Below the pieces are notes generated by a model. The model did not search any database, was not told the origin of the DNA, and worked only from the letters and a program-made list of their open reading frames with translations. The position numbers and the translations under genes were made by a program. Source: Callorhinchus milii (lineage: Eukaryota). From it: 64,000 nucleotides of DNA. The stretch lies in assembly GCF_018977255.1 (NCBI RefSeq), contig NW_024704743.1, positions 65,164,001-65,228,000 on the forward strand, written 5' to 3'. Shown in pieces: positions 1 to 11,954 of the stretch (positions are counted from its first letter, which is position 1; each line of letters begins with the position of its first letter).

Positions 1-730
1 TACACATCTTACTGTCCTCCCCACATACTTTCAAGATTTTTTTAAAATTATGTTCGGGATCCTGACCTCAACAACCCTTCTGGGCAACCCTGTTCCGGTC
101 GTTATTTACTGTCTGCATAAAGAAAAACTTCCTAGTATCTGTCCTGAAATTTCCCTTTGCAACTCCAAACCTATGTCCTCTTGTTCTACTGTCTTGGTAT
201 ATTGTTCTGAGTTTAATTTCTCAATCCTATTGAAAATCTTGTACACCTCTATAAGGTCCCCTCTTAGAAGTCTTGTTTTAAGATTGAAGAGCCGTAGCTT
301 GTCTAATCATTGCTCGAAGCTCATTTCTCCAACACTGGGGTCTGTCCTTGTTGCTTGGGCAGCCCCCTTTACCACGGTGACCAGACTTCTATGTAGTACT
401 CTCAGTGCAGCCTGACCAGAGCATCATATGGCTTGAGTATGACTTCTGGGAGAACTGAACTCAACTGATTTGGCAATATAGCCAGAATCATGTTTGCCTT
501 CTTTATTGCTGCCTCATAAGGTTTCACATAGTGAGCGATGAATCAGCTAACACCCCTAGATCTCATTCAGCTTCCCCCTGGCAACTTCTATTCCGCTATG
601 CCTCCTATTCTTACTTTCTGTATGCAGTATCTTGCAATTACCTACACTAAACTTCATTTGCCACTTATCAGCCCATCAAGCAAATTCTATCAAACTTTTT
701 TTGTAAGACTTTTACTGCCTCCTCTGGTTC
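1..730 (-). mobile_element. CR1 LINE ORF2 3' remnant (decayed)
   Basis: Minus strand translates to CR1 C-terminal motifs: FNLKTRLLRGDLIEVYKIFNRIE (~220-290) and TRGHRFGVAKGNFRTDTRKFFF (~115-190). Confidence 0.8.
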
Positions 731-1071
731 CCATTATGCTCATAGTTTTAGAGATTAATAGGATATTGAAGGGTTTGCTTTGAAAATGAAAAACATCTTG
801 TGGACTCAAGAGGCTTGCTGGAAGCTGTAAACAAGTTGCTCAAAACTGACAAGCCAGTGGAGCTGTTCCTATCTATTCTTTAAACTAAAGAGTGAAAATC
901 ATTCTTCAGAACACAGACCAGTGGCTGAACCGAGTTTTCTTTCCAAACATTATTTATAAGTTTGGAAATATATTTTAAATATCCCAAGGTTTGGTCAATG
1001 ATTGGAAAGAAGAAACAGTACGTTCAAATCCTGCCCTAGAGTGGATGATGCTAACGCAATGCAGAGTATAT

Positions 1072-2075
1072 AACAACAATCACAAAATTACATTTGTATA
1101 GCACTTTTCAAATCAGGAGGACGTCCCAAGGCGCTGGACAGAGTTATGGACCCGAGCTGGGGGTTGGGGCCGGGGAGGATGGAGGGCAGGGAGATCGGAA
1201 GCACAGTCGAAGAGGAGGGTCTTGAGATGGGTCTTGAAGGAGGCAAGGGAGGGGGCGAGACGGAGGGATTGCGGGATGGAGTTCCAGAGGGTGGGGGGAG
1301 AGTGGCAGAAGGCCCACCCGCCAATAGTGGGACAAGTGAGGCGGGGGACGTGAAGCAGGCTGGAGCCCGCTGAGCGGAGGGAGCGAGCAGGATGGTAGGG
1401 GGTTAGAAGGTCGCAGAGGTAGGGGGGAGCAAGTCTGTAATAATAATAATAATAATAATCCTTGCATTTGATATAGCGCTTTTCACGTCAGGAGGACGTC
1501 CCAAAGCGCTTCACAGAACACACTGTAAAGTGAATTGACTGTATATTTGTGGGCGAACGCGGCAGCCAATTGCGCACAGCAATGTCCCACAAACAGTCGT
1601 AGATTGAAAATGACCAATTTATTATTGTTTTTGGATTTTGGAGGGATTATTATTAGGCGTGTGGAGTAAGGAAACTTGCCCAAGGTTTCGCCCTGTCTGG
1701 AATTGAACTCAGGTCTCTCGCTTGCAAAGCGAGTGCTCTAACCACTGAGCTACAGGACTCCACGCTGTAGTGCGCTTTGAAGGTGGGGACCAGAATCTTG
1801 AACTGTATCCTCTGTGTGATGGGAAGCCAGTGGAGTTGGGTGAGGATGGGGGTGATAGGGTTACTGAGCCTAGTGCAGGAGAGGACATGGGCTGCAGAGT
1901 TCTGGATGATCTGCAGCCTGTGGAGCGAACAGTTTGGGAGGCCGACAAGCAAAGAGTTTGCATAGTCAAGCCTCAATGTAACGAAAGCGTGTATGAAAAT
2001 TTCGGCGACCTGCGTTGTGAGACAGTGGTGGAGCCAGGCGACATTGCGGAGTGGGGGAAGGCAGAGCAGGTCATG
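1072..2075 (-). mobile_element. L2 LINE 3' fragment, split by a SINE at 1440-1761
   Basis: ORF2 C-terminal motifs IHAFVTLRLDYANSLL and LHWLPITQRIQFKIL; L2 3' tail with a (TTG)n-like end at ~1072-1135. Confidence 0.9.
1440..1761 (-). mobile_element. tRNA-Ala-derived SINE, short form, full length
   Basis: Minus strand GGAGTCCTGTAGCTCAGTGGTTAGAGC head with CTCGC-TTTGCAA-GCGAG anticodon arm, partial Deu-like body, L2-like stem-loop tail, (TTA)n end; CTGTA at 1435-1439 and 1765-1769. Confidence 0.93.
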
Positions 2076-3682
2076 GCACAAATGTGGGGTAGATATAAAA
2101 ATGTCACTCGGCACTGGTCTCTGAAGGAAGAAAGCCCACCTTGACAATCTGTTAATAAAACAGTCACATAAAACGGCAAAGAAAAATACAGTAGAAACCT
2201 TTTGTGAAGCATTCCATTACAATGAGTACTTGCTTATAGTTTGGTTGCGGTGTGGACCCTGACATTTAAGTTACGCAAAAAAATCCCAAATGCTTGCACC
2301 AGCTCCATCAGTGCTTCAAAAAACGGGTTGGCGCACAGGAAGTCCAAATGACAATTTCTAGGTCACAAGATCTCCGTTGACACCACTTCCTGCACAGTGT
2401 GCCCGTGTCCACGACACCCATGATAGTGACAGTGATCGTCTGACCCAGGAGTCGGCCATTTTGGCAGCCCGCACCCTAGCCATGCATTCTGTAATGCCAA
2501 TGGAGCCAACTGTCTATCTGCTGGCATGTAATGAAGCGGAAGTGCTGAGCAGCGATCACAGTCAGTTATAACAACAGTATATAGCTATCTACAGTTAATG
2601 CTCAGGATGGAATTTTATTGACCCAACTATTGGATTTTAATAACACCCCCCAGCACCCATATAAATAAATGGGACTCACTGTGATATCCTGTTTCTGTAT
2701 CTGTTTGAAAATTCTTATTTCTTATAAACTTGCAGCACAGGAACCAGACGATTAATAAAACAGTGGGGAGTTATTTAGTCCAATTACATTTCAGAGAGCA
2801 GACTCCCACCACTACCCCTCTAATTCATCAGAGAATGTAAAGAGTAAAGCCAGTATTGCACCACTGTGAAGGACTGACGTGAATCTCCTGTGGATTTAAG
2901 ATCCAAATCAAAAGTCAGGACATGCGTGTTGTTGGTAATTTAATCGTTCTCATTATGTGATCTGACCCTGCACAATTTTTTTTGCTATAAACCCTGGTGA
3001 GATGGTATTCAAATTGGGTCATCGTGACCCAAACTGCAGAATAAAAGACTCTGACAGTATAAACAGCTTTTAATTCCCTCAGACAAGCCTTTGCTGAAAC
3101 CAACAGAGACCAGGATTGAATTTGGTGTTTAATAATATTTTTCAGTCATGGTGTTCTTTCACATCTGCTTACTGTTTTAAATATCAACTACCAGGAGCCA
3201 GATTATTAAAATTTCATTTTTTGACTGCTACCTTACCAAGTGAAAATGACTTTGAATACTTGGCTTAGCACAGCAACCAACAGATGTTACATTTGGATAA
3301 CATGCAACAAACTCTACAGCTATACTTTGTTGACCAAACTTGCTAAATTAACTTAGCCTAGCAAATGAGCACAGCTTACGCTCTTCAAAAGATGATATTG
3401 CCGTTGATATCATAGATGTTTTCAACACAGAAGGGGGACGTTTTCTGCATCTTTACCGCAGCTGCCTCTTTTTATATTAAAAAAGTTGCCTCTTTTATTA
3501 ATCCCACTTTCCAGCTCTTTCCACATAACCTGTAATGCCCCGCCAACCCTTCAGATCCTTGTGCTAATTGCAATTTTCTTCTATGAATGCCTCTTCACTT
3601 CCCATTGCTTCAAGTATGATTTGTGCATCAAGGTCTTTGGCTGAAAGCAGTAAAAAGATTTTTTTTTAAATTCACGACTTAC

Positions 3683-3877
3683 CTTCCACTCACTTCAGCC
3701 TTTTTTACTGTTCCATTTGACAAGACAACCAATATATCTACTGTCCTAGGCAACAGGTTTTCTTTCATGTCTCCGGGGCTTTGTGGGCCTGGCTCAACCT
3801 GAAGATTTTGAGCTGCATTCAGTGACCTGCGTGGTGCAGGCTGTGGAGGAGGAGCTGGTGCTCGACCCTTCATCCTC
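3683..3877 (-). CDS. COBL: Cordon-bleu (COBL) internal coding exon, equivalent to exon 2: first KRAP motif and start of the Cobl ubiquitin-like domain
   Basis: Acceptor ttatatttcAG (3878-3879) and donor AG|GTAAGT (GT 3682-3681); 195 nt, phase 2/2. Encodes RMKGRAPAPPPQPAPRR...DMKENLLPRTVDILVVLSNGTVKKAEVSG, matching recalled vertebrate Cobl MKARAPPPP...MKE...DVTVVLPSG...VLNGS and fish Cobl PPQPAPRR better than COBLL1 (KPKAKAPLPP). Confidence 0.9.
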
Positions 3878-3949
3878 CTGAAATATAAATCCAAACAATT
3901 AACATGGAGCAAAGTAACAACAATAAATCCTCAAGTTCCTCAAGTGGCC

Positions 3950-4120
3950 CATGCTGCAAATCTCAGAATTGCGCTGTGTGCAAATTCGCTGTTGCATTGG
4001 CCTACAAAATACAGTCACTGTACTTTACAATATATCCCATGAAGCATTTTAGGATGTCCTCCCAACATGAAACATGCTTTACCAAATACAAGGATTATTA
4101 TTATTGTAACTATTATTATC
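3950..4120 (+). mobile_element. Old SINE 3' portion
   Basis: gctgtgtgcaaatt...cagtcactgtactttaca...aaatacaaggattattatta matches the SINE body and tail seen elsewhere in the window. Confidence 0.7.
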
Positions 4121-4984
4121 TTAGTTTAAATCACTCTATAGAGATAGTTTCTAAGTTGTTTTCAATTATGAAAATGATCATTATTATTATTGTTGTTGCT
4201 ATTATTATTATTGTAACTCTCAATTCTCAAACGCCCAATTTTTGGCTAACAGCTATAGGCAGCTTGTAATTCCTATCTGTCTGCTGTTGCCCTGATGGCT
4301 TTGCCAGCTGCTGGTCAGACCACAAAATAAAGCACTTCACGAAAGGTACACTGCTCCGTCACAAACGCTCAGAAATAGTTTTCTTATTGTCAGGTCAATG
4401 AGTGTCTGAAAGCCAAAATATAGGTCAAGGATTTAGAGGACATGTTTCGTCAGAGCAGAACATTTCTGTCAAAAGTTTTACCCGAAATGCTAACCTATCT
4501 TTCTCTTTCAATGGCTTATTCAGTTATGCATTTGCTCCTTTTAATTTCAGATATGTTGCGTTTTTCTTTCGCCTCTACTTTTCTGATTGACCAGTTGTAC
4601 ACGTGGGGAGAATGTGTGATTATGACCCGCAGCTTTCTCTCTGGTGAGAATTGGCTGTTACCAAGAGCAGAGTAAGTTTAATCTGTTGTTGAAAAGAAAC
4701 CACCCCTCGCCATGGACTTGGCCCAAGTCTCGCCCAGGTTGACTCTGCGGCCAAAGACTTTCAGTCGGCTACATGGCATCAGCATAGCTGAATCAGAGTT
4801 TGGCTGATATTCTGTTGGACCCAAAAGATAGAATAATAATAATCCTTGCATTTGATTTGGTTCCTTATCATGTCGTTGAGGCGTCTCAAAGCACTCACAG
4901 AATATAATGTGAAGCGTGAATTTTGTGGGTGAAATGCCACTCTCTCTCTGGAGCGATGCACTTTTCTTACCTATCTTCTGAGAA

Positions 4985-5365
4985 TGTAAGGTGAGGTTTG
5001 ACAAGGCTTAGGAACCCCAGAGAGAGCATTGGGAGTACTGCTGGGGTTTAACCAGCTAAAACAGCACAGCTTGCATTGAAAGCTTTCCCGTTGCTTCTCC
5101 AGCTAGGACCACCCTACCTACAAGTTAGGGCTTTGTCGTCCAGAGTGAACAGGAGCTGAATGGGAAGAGGCCTGTCCCCAGTCACTGGTCTGCCCTTCCA
5201 AGTCCAACGAATGATCCAGAATGGCTGTGCTGTCATCAGCACTGCCCTGCGGACCTGCCTGGTATTGAGATTGTCAGAGGATTGACTCGATTCTGACATT
5301 CTGTTGTCAAGCCTGTTACCATGAAGCCAACTCAGTTCCTAGGAGACCCTGCTTACCTCCCCCAA
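4985..5365 (+). repeat. Unclassified interspersed repeat family X, middle/3' part
   Basis: 4985-5105 aligns by eye with 8550-8606, 12700-12830 and (reverse) 59100-59230; 5170-5360 aligns with the reverse complement of 14060-14290. Confidence 0.7.
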
Positions 5366-5661
5366 GGAGGAGAGTCACTAGTTGGGGACATTGAAGATTG
5401 GATGCAGATTTCAAGGATTGGGCCAATTAAAAATAAAGTTAGTTACTGCATATCTTCAAGATAATGCATATTGCACTCAAAATAGAACCATATTCTCAAT
5501 TCTGACGAAGAGCTGAGTGGGGTGGGGGAGGGGGCAATTCAGAAATCTGCACTTGTTTTCATAATAGTCTCAACAGTGACCCCTAAGACTCCTAAAACAG
5601 TACTAAAATCCTAAGAATCATATCAACAATTCCAAAATTATGGAGGAAAGAATCATGAGGT

Positions 5662-5990
5662 TTCAGCCTGGCTCAGTTGGTCGCACTCTCACCTCTGAGT
5701 CAGAGTGGAGTGGGTAAAAACCTCACACCGGGCTTTGAGCTCACAGTTGAGGATGACACTTCAATACAGAACTGGGGAACCCAGAATAGTTGGAAATGCT
5801 GTATTTTCGATGAGACGTTAAACTGCCTGTTCAGGTGGATGTAAGAGATCCGATGGCACGATAAGAGAAAGGTTTTCTCTCAATGTCCTGGCCAGCAATC
5901 CCCCATGTTAAACTGGTCATTCATTTAATGGCTGTTTGTGGGACATTGTCGTGTGCAAATTGTTGTCGAGACTGACTACAAAATATACAG
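5662..5990 (+). mobile_element. SacSINE1/AmnSINE-like DeuSINE
   Basis: tRNA-like head cagcctggctcagttggtcgcactctcacctctgagtcaga followed by Deu-domain gatgagacgttaaac...gcctgttcaggtggatgtaagagatcc...ggcac. Confidence 0.8.
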
Positions 5991-7351
5991 GTTGCAGCAG
6001 TTCTCGATGTGCTAACTGTGCTCAACTGCTGCAAGAAGTCAGATGCGTTGTGTAATTGCAAGTCACAATGTAAACTTAAACTTGAAGTCAGGTGCAGAAA
6101 CAGTAGCATTCTCCTTCATCATTGGCCAAAGCATATACACATTCAAATATGAAGAGGAGAGAGATTATCCACAAGTGTATATAATAATAAAAATAATAAT
6201 AATAATAATCCCTACATTTGATAGAGCACTTTTCTTGTCAGGAGAACATCTCGAAGCACTTCACAGGATTTACTGTAAAGTGTAGGTTCTGCATTTTGGG
6301 GGCAAACGATATTTGTAGTCCTGAAAAAGCACCAGGTTTCTACTTGTGTTTTCAGAAAGATGTCTGATCCATTTTTGGAGCATCCTTTCAACGGTGTGGT
6401 GCAAATAACGGGCTCAGTGAGCAAAGTTGTCAAACCAAGCCACAAACTGATCTTAGAATAAAATGTGATTCAAGATTAGCATTTATATGCAGCTGTCACC
6501 AATGAATGAGCTAAAGTATTACTGCAGCCATTAGGCGGTATTAATCTTCAGTACAAACTTAAAGTGAAACACTTTGGTTGATCATGGGTCTGGTCATGTT
6601 GTCAATTCAATGTGCCTCCAAAAAATATTCAAAGAATTTGGTGGCATTAAAACCTCAGCAGCCATAAAATGTAAAATGTACTTGTTAAAACTTAGAGATA
6701 GGGGATTGACACAAACTAATAAAAGGGAAAGAGTACATTAGGTTCTTTTTCGAGGAGAGTGAGAATTGATTTTGACAATCCATTGTGACATTAAGGAAAA
6801 TCAAGTTTATTTATTGTGAAATTAAATGTGCCAACACTTCTTTTTATAATAGTATCTCCCTTTTCCTCTGGAACTTTTCCACCACTCAAGGTTAAGAACA
6901 AGACCTCTACCAACATTAGTCTATACGCAATCCTGAGGCCGAGTCTGGTGCACCTGAACATAAAAAAAATAATCCTTACATTGGGTATAGCGCCTTTCAC
7001 TTCTGGAGACATCCCCAAAATATACTGTAAAGTGCAGTGATTGTGTGTTTTGTGGGTGAAGTTGTATAAATATAGCTAGGTAAAACAATAATCATCCTTT
7101 GTGAAAATCAAACAAACTAACACTAAACTAACTCAAACAACACTGAAAACTAAGGTTCCAAGAATGATACTCTGTACGAAATCTCCCCTTTCAGGTGGAT
7201 ATAACAGATCCCATGGCACTATTCAAAAAGAGAAGGAAATTTCTCCCAGTGTCCCGGTAAACAATATCAAATGCAAGGATTATTATTATTAATAATCTTT
7301 TTTTGGTCAGCAAGGTGTCTGACATATGTGGAAATCCATCAACATGCGCTT

Positions 7352-7665
7352 GGAGTCCTGTAGCTCAGTGGTTATAGCACTCGCCTTGCAAGCGAGAGAC
7401 CTGGGTTTGTTTCCTAGGAAGGTGAAACCTTGGGCAAGTTTGCTCACTCCACAAGTCTAATAATAATCCCTCAAGAATAACAACAACAATAAAATTGGTC
7501 ACTTCAATCCACAACTGTTTGTGGGACACTGCTGTGCTCAATTGGCTGCTGCATTTTGCCCACAAATATACAGTCAATTCACTTTACAGTATGTTCTGTG
7601 AAGCACTTGAGACGTCTAGAAGACAAGAAATGCGCTATATCAAATGCAAGGATTATTATTATTAT
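7352..7665 (+). mobile_element. tRNA-Ala-derived SINE, short form
   Basis: GGAGTCCTGTAGCTCAGTGG head to GGATTATTATTA tail. Confidence 0.92.
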
Positions 7666-7726
7666 AACATGCCTGAGAGAATCTAAACCAAGCAGAGTTC
7701 CATGAATCCAACATACATATGCAAAT

Positions 7727-8472
7727 AGGGAAAGGAAAGTAAGTGAATGTTTTGGGTCCACGACCCTTCGTCAAAACTGGGGCATGTTGGGAGGGGGAGG
7801 CTTTTAAGGCTAACAGAGAAGGGGGAGGCCGGGCAAGGAAGACAAAGGAGAAAATGGGATAGAGGACAGGGGACTTCAACAACACGTCAACTCTCCCTCC
7901 CACTCGCACTCTGACCTCTCCATCCATGGTCTCCTATGCTGTTTCAAAGAGCCACAGCGCAAGCTCGAGGAACAGCACCTCATTTATCTGCTCAGGACCT
8001 CACAGCCCTCTGGCTTCAATATTGATTTTAACAATTTTAGCTCACCTTCCCCCTCCCCCTCATCTGTGACCATTACCACTTCATCTGGGTCCCAGACACA
8101 CCTTTTCTCTCTCTGGTCTGTCTATTTTGTTGCAATTTCCCCCCCCTTTATTTTGCATTATTAACATCTCTTTTCCTGTTCTGTTGCAACCCCCACTTTG
8201 TTTTGCATCATTAAAACTCCTTTAACCCATCATCCCCTGTCCTCTACCCCATTTTCTCCTTTGTCTTCCTTGTTCTGCCTCCCCCCTCTCTGTTAGCCCT
8301 TAAAACCCTCTCCCTCCCAACATGCCCCAGTTCTGATGAAGGGTCGTGGACCCAGAAACGTTGACTCACTTTCCTTTCTCCATAGATGCTGCCTGACCTG
8401 CTGAGTGTTCCCAGCGACTTCTGTTTTTGTTTCAGTTTTGTAGCATCTGCAGTATTTTGTGTTTTGTTTACC
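7727..8472 (+). mobile_element. Penelope-like retroelement: inverted partial pLTR, GIY-YIG C-terminus, pLTR; 11-bp TSD
   Basis: 7883-8041 encodes HVNSPSHSHSDLSIHGLLCCFKEPQRKLEEQHLIYLLRTSQPSGFNIDFNNF (PLE endonuclease C-terminus); 7727-7873 is the reverse complement of ~8233-8380; CATATGCAAAT at 7716-7726 and 8473-8483. Confidence 0.88.
8329..8366 (+). ncRNA. Minimal hammerhead-ribozyme-like core in the Penelope pLTR (activity unknown)
   Basis: AGTT-CTGATGA-A-GGGTC(GTG)GACCC-A-GAAACGTT-GACT: both catalytic boxes, stem II, palindromic stem III and a short stem I. Confidence 0.6.
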
Positions 8473-8628
8473 CATATGCAAATTCTTGTGTTTGGAAATG
8501 GAATATGCACTTTCTCCTGTTTACCTGATTCCGGAGAGTATTAGATTGAGGTTGGCAAGAGCCAAGGCTTAGGGTCCCCAGAGTGTACGTTGGTTTACTG
8601 CTGGAGACCCCAAGCCTCCAGAGGAAGT

Positions 8629-8943
8629 GGAGTCCTGTAGCTCAGTGGTTAGAGCACTCGCTTTGCAAGTGAGAGACCTGAGTTCAATTCCAGGCAGAGG
8701 GCGAAACCTTGGGCAAGTTTCCTTACTCCACACAGAGCCTAATAATAATCCCTCCAAAACCAAAAACAATAACAAAATTGGTCATTTTCAATCTACGACT
8801 GTTTGTGGGACATTGCTGTGCGCAATTGGCTACTGCGTTCGCCCACAAATATAGTCATTCACTTTACAGTGTGTTCTGTGAAGCGCTTTGGGACGTCCTC
8901 CCGACATGAATAGCGCTATATCAAATACAAGGATTATTATTAT
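8629..8943 (+). mobile_element. tRNA-Ala-derived SINE, short form, young
   Basis: Full head to tail, near-identical to 31141-31463; AAGT at 8625-8628 and 8944-8947. Confidence 0.93.
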
Positions 8944-8989
8944 AAGTTGGTTTTTCACTTCATTGCTATTTTTCAGGGCTACTTCATGG

Positions 8990-9160
8990 CCCTCTACCTT
9001 GCCCTCTCTCACCCTTTTTTAACTTCCCGCCTGAATACCTTCCTTTTTGACCGTGCTTCCGGTCACCTCCCCCCAGCGTGGAGTCAGGCTCCGCCACTGT
9101 TGAGCATTCCGAGACGCTACTCTGCTTGGAGAGCTATATAGGAGCAAGTTGTTGTTGTTT
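8990..9160 (+). mobile_element. L2 3' end, tail type 2
   Basis: ccgtgcttccggtcacctcc...ctccgccactgttgagcattccgagacgctac...gcaagttgttgttg. Confidence 0.75.
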
Positions 9161-9197
9161 TTGGAACAATGATGTGTCAGCATCCACTTTCACTTAC

Positions 9198-10235
9198 AAT
9201 ACAAAATTATATTCCTATAGCGCATTTCACATTGCGAGGACATCCCAAGGCGCTGGACCGTCAGGGCTTTGGACCCGAGCTGGGGGTGGAGGGCAGGAGG
9301 GTGGCTGAAGGCGCGGTCGAAGAGGAGGGTTTTGAGACGCACCTTGAAGGAGGCAAGGAAGGGAGTGAGGTGAAGGGAATGTGGGATGGAGTTCCATAGG
9401 GTGGGGGCAGAAATGCTGAAGGTCCGACCGATGATGGTGGAGTGGACTGGTTGATATAGGATCAGTAGGTCAGAGGTAGGGATGGGCCGGCCTTGGAGGG
9501 CCTTGAAGGAGAGGACAAGGATTTTGAAGTGTATCCTCTGAGGGATGAAAAGTCAGTGGAGCCGGGCAAGGATGGGGGCCCGGCTCCACTGACCGCGATA
9601 GGGTCATGGAGCCTAGTGCAGCAGAGGACACGAGCTGCAGAGTTCTGGATGATCTGCAGCTGTGGAGGGAACAGTTGGGAAAGCTGAAAGCAGGGAGTTG
9701 ATGTACTCAAGCCTAGTTGTGATGAATGCGTGGATGAGGGTTTTGGCGGCCTGAGGGGTTAAGCAGTGGCGGAGCCGGGCGATGTTGCAGAGGTGGGGAA
9801 AGGCAAAGCGAGACATGGCATGGATATGGGGCAGAAAGGACAATTGAGGGTCAAACAAGACCCCAAAGTTCCAGACTGGCTTAGTGAGGTGGAGTGTGCA
9901 ACCGTGGATGGTGATGCTGTCAGCGCCTGAGGTGAGGAGGCGCTGACGGGAGCCAATCAGGAGAGCCTCGGTCTTGTTAACGTTCAACTGAAGAAAGTTC
10001 GCTCTCATCCAGGACTTGATGTCTGACAGACATTCTGTCAGGACAGCAGTGGTCCTGGAGTCAAAGGTGGAGGCAGAAAGGTATAGCTGGTGTCATTCGC
10101 ATACATGTGGAAGTTCACACTGTGTCTGCGGATGATGTCACCAATAGGGAGCGTATAGATATTGAAGAGGAGGGGACCAAGGACAGAGCCCTGAGGAACA
10201 CCGCACGAGACGGTGCGGGAGGTAGGATCTGAACC
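9198..10235 (-). mobile_element. L2 LINE 3' fragment with RT remnant
   Basis: [26 protein letters not shown] (decayed YADD), NFLQLNVNKTEALLIG and IHAFITTRLEY, with frameshifts; L2 tail at ~9198-9260. Confidence 0.92.
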
Positions 10236-11137
10236 ATTCATGGTCATACCATGTAGGTTGAGGTGAGAGGAGAGATGGTGTCCTTCTGACGTGATAAGGC
10301 GCTATACCTAATGCAAAGATTATTATTATCAATGAAGTCAGTTGAGCACTATAATGACATTACAAAGAAGCACTGTTGTATGCAAAACAAATCTTGCCAG
10401 GACATTGCTTGGTTATATTCTTTTTACATGATTCTTAGCGTTAAAAGAGGCCATATAATGTTATTGAAATATATTGCCAGGTGCATACTGTAATAAGAAT
10501 AACAAGAATATGTAAACACAGCGCTCTCTGGTCTGTTAAACTTAAATTACATTGCAAGCACAAGCTACCCGTATGTAGCACAGCTACACAGTTGTGTAGC
10601 TTACCTCTAGCACAGCTATACAGCACACAGCTATCACATGTTGGTGACTGACACAGAAACCAATCCCACTGTAATTTGAGCAACCTCATTCAACAAATTG
10701 CTGGTTTCTATTTTGACAGCGAGAACAGGATGTCCTGAATAAATAGAAAGCAAAAGGGATTGACGAAGCCCAAATGCTTCATGTTTTTTAATAAAACATA
10801 TTAACTAAATCAAAATGTCTCAGTACCTCAGGTATGAGATCTGGAAAAATATGTCATTGATTCAAGGCTATTGCTCCACACACCAACAAACTGCACAAAG
10901 TTGTCTTTGTGTTTCATCAAACGTATATGACCTTCCAAGTAAATCTAAACGCCCTTTCCCACGCAACACTAAACGTCTGTTACAGCTACGAAAACTGGCA
11001 GTAATCTCTCGACATTTGAATTCTAAAACTTGTCCAATTATGGTCTTATCCACATTCTGTTGCCACTTAAAGACAAAACAAAATAGGTCAGCCTGGAAAC
11101 CTTACTGCTGATCTTTTTTTTATTTGCTCCCACTTAC

Positions 11138-11190
11138 CTTGCAAAGAAAACTGTTGAGACAAGTGTAGGAGGTTTACAACTGCAGGCCAT
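11138..11190 (-). CDS. COBL: Candidate alternative first coding exon of COBL (MACSCKPPTLVSTVFFA-R)
   Basis: ATG at 11190, 17 open codons plus AG, then a consensus donor AAG|GTAAGT (GT 11137-11136); phase 2 joins the 3877 acceptor in frame; non-repetitive context. No transcript evidence. Confidence 0.4.
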
Positions 11191-11544
11191 GTAACTGTAC
11201 AATTCAATCAGAACTTTCCAACATTTGTGTATCTCACACTAGAGCTTCAGTGAATTAACTCTTCAAGGACTGATGTGTGTTCTAAGTACATGAAGAAAAA
11301 TATACCTTTTCCAGCACTTCTAATTTTGCAGCAGGAATAATGTATAGAGTTTTGGTTGCCACAGTCTAGAAAGAATATTACAATACAAATGTATATTGAT
11401 ATAGCACCTTTTGTGTCGGGAGGACACCCCAAGACTCTTGAAGACAATTAGAATCAGGGAAAGTGTGCACAAGAATCGCACTGGAAATTAAATGATAAAG
11501 GTAAGGAGTAACTCTGTTGGAGTAAAGAAGTTTGAAGATAGACA

Positions 11545-11925
11545 ATGAAAAAGTTTGAAATAATTAATCGTGGAAATCTCTTTCCCTTGCTATGGGATTC
11601 GAGGATAAGAGGATCATGAATTCAAGACTATGACTAGGACAGAGGTTTGGAAGAACTTCTTCTCACATAGTGGAATGATTTGCCAGGAGTCGCTAGTAGA
11701 GCAGGTTCGATTGGGGGCATTTAAAAGAGAAATAGTATCCCCAGTTCTATCATACACAAGATCCAACCAGCCCACACCAAACTCCTCATAACCATCATTC
11801 CACTCCTCATCAGATTCTAGCATCTATGGGAGAGAGAGTGGGATTAATTTGGACAGCACTTTCAAAGAGCCGGCACAGACACGATGGGCTGAATGGCCTC
11901 CTTCTGTGCTGTATAATTCTATGAT
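11545..11925 (+). mobile_element. CR1 3' end (decayed, with an internal insertion)
   Basis: aagaacttcttctcaca...ggaatgatttgcc and the CR1 terminus gacacgatgggctgaatggcctccttctgtgctgtataattctatga. Confidence 0.75.
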
Positions 11926-11954
11926 CTCCCTGTCTCCCAATGGGTTGACTTCAA

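Larger units (their letters stand above)
7298..8606 (+). repeat. Family X copy interrupted by a SINE (7352-7665) and a Penelope element (7727-8472)
   Basis: Pieces 7298-7351, 7666-7726 and 8484-8606 join colinearly into the sequence seen at 12520-12750 and 19043-19247. Confidence 0.7.

Noticed and set aside
3679..3912. ORF-track N-terminus MLHVNCLDLYF as part of COBL
   Set aside because: It lies upstream of the splice acceptor at 3878 and is intronic.
8629..8700. tRNA-Ala genes (also at 1690-1761, 7352, 31141, 38000-38074, 50952, 58851)
   Set aside because: No complete acceptor stem, and each runs into a SINE body; these are SINE heads.
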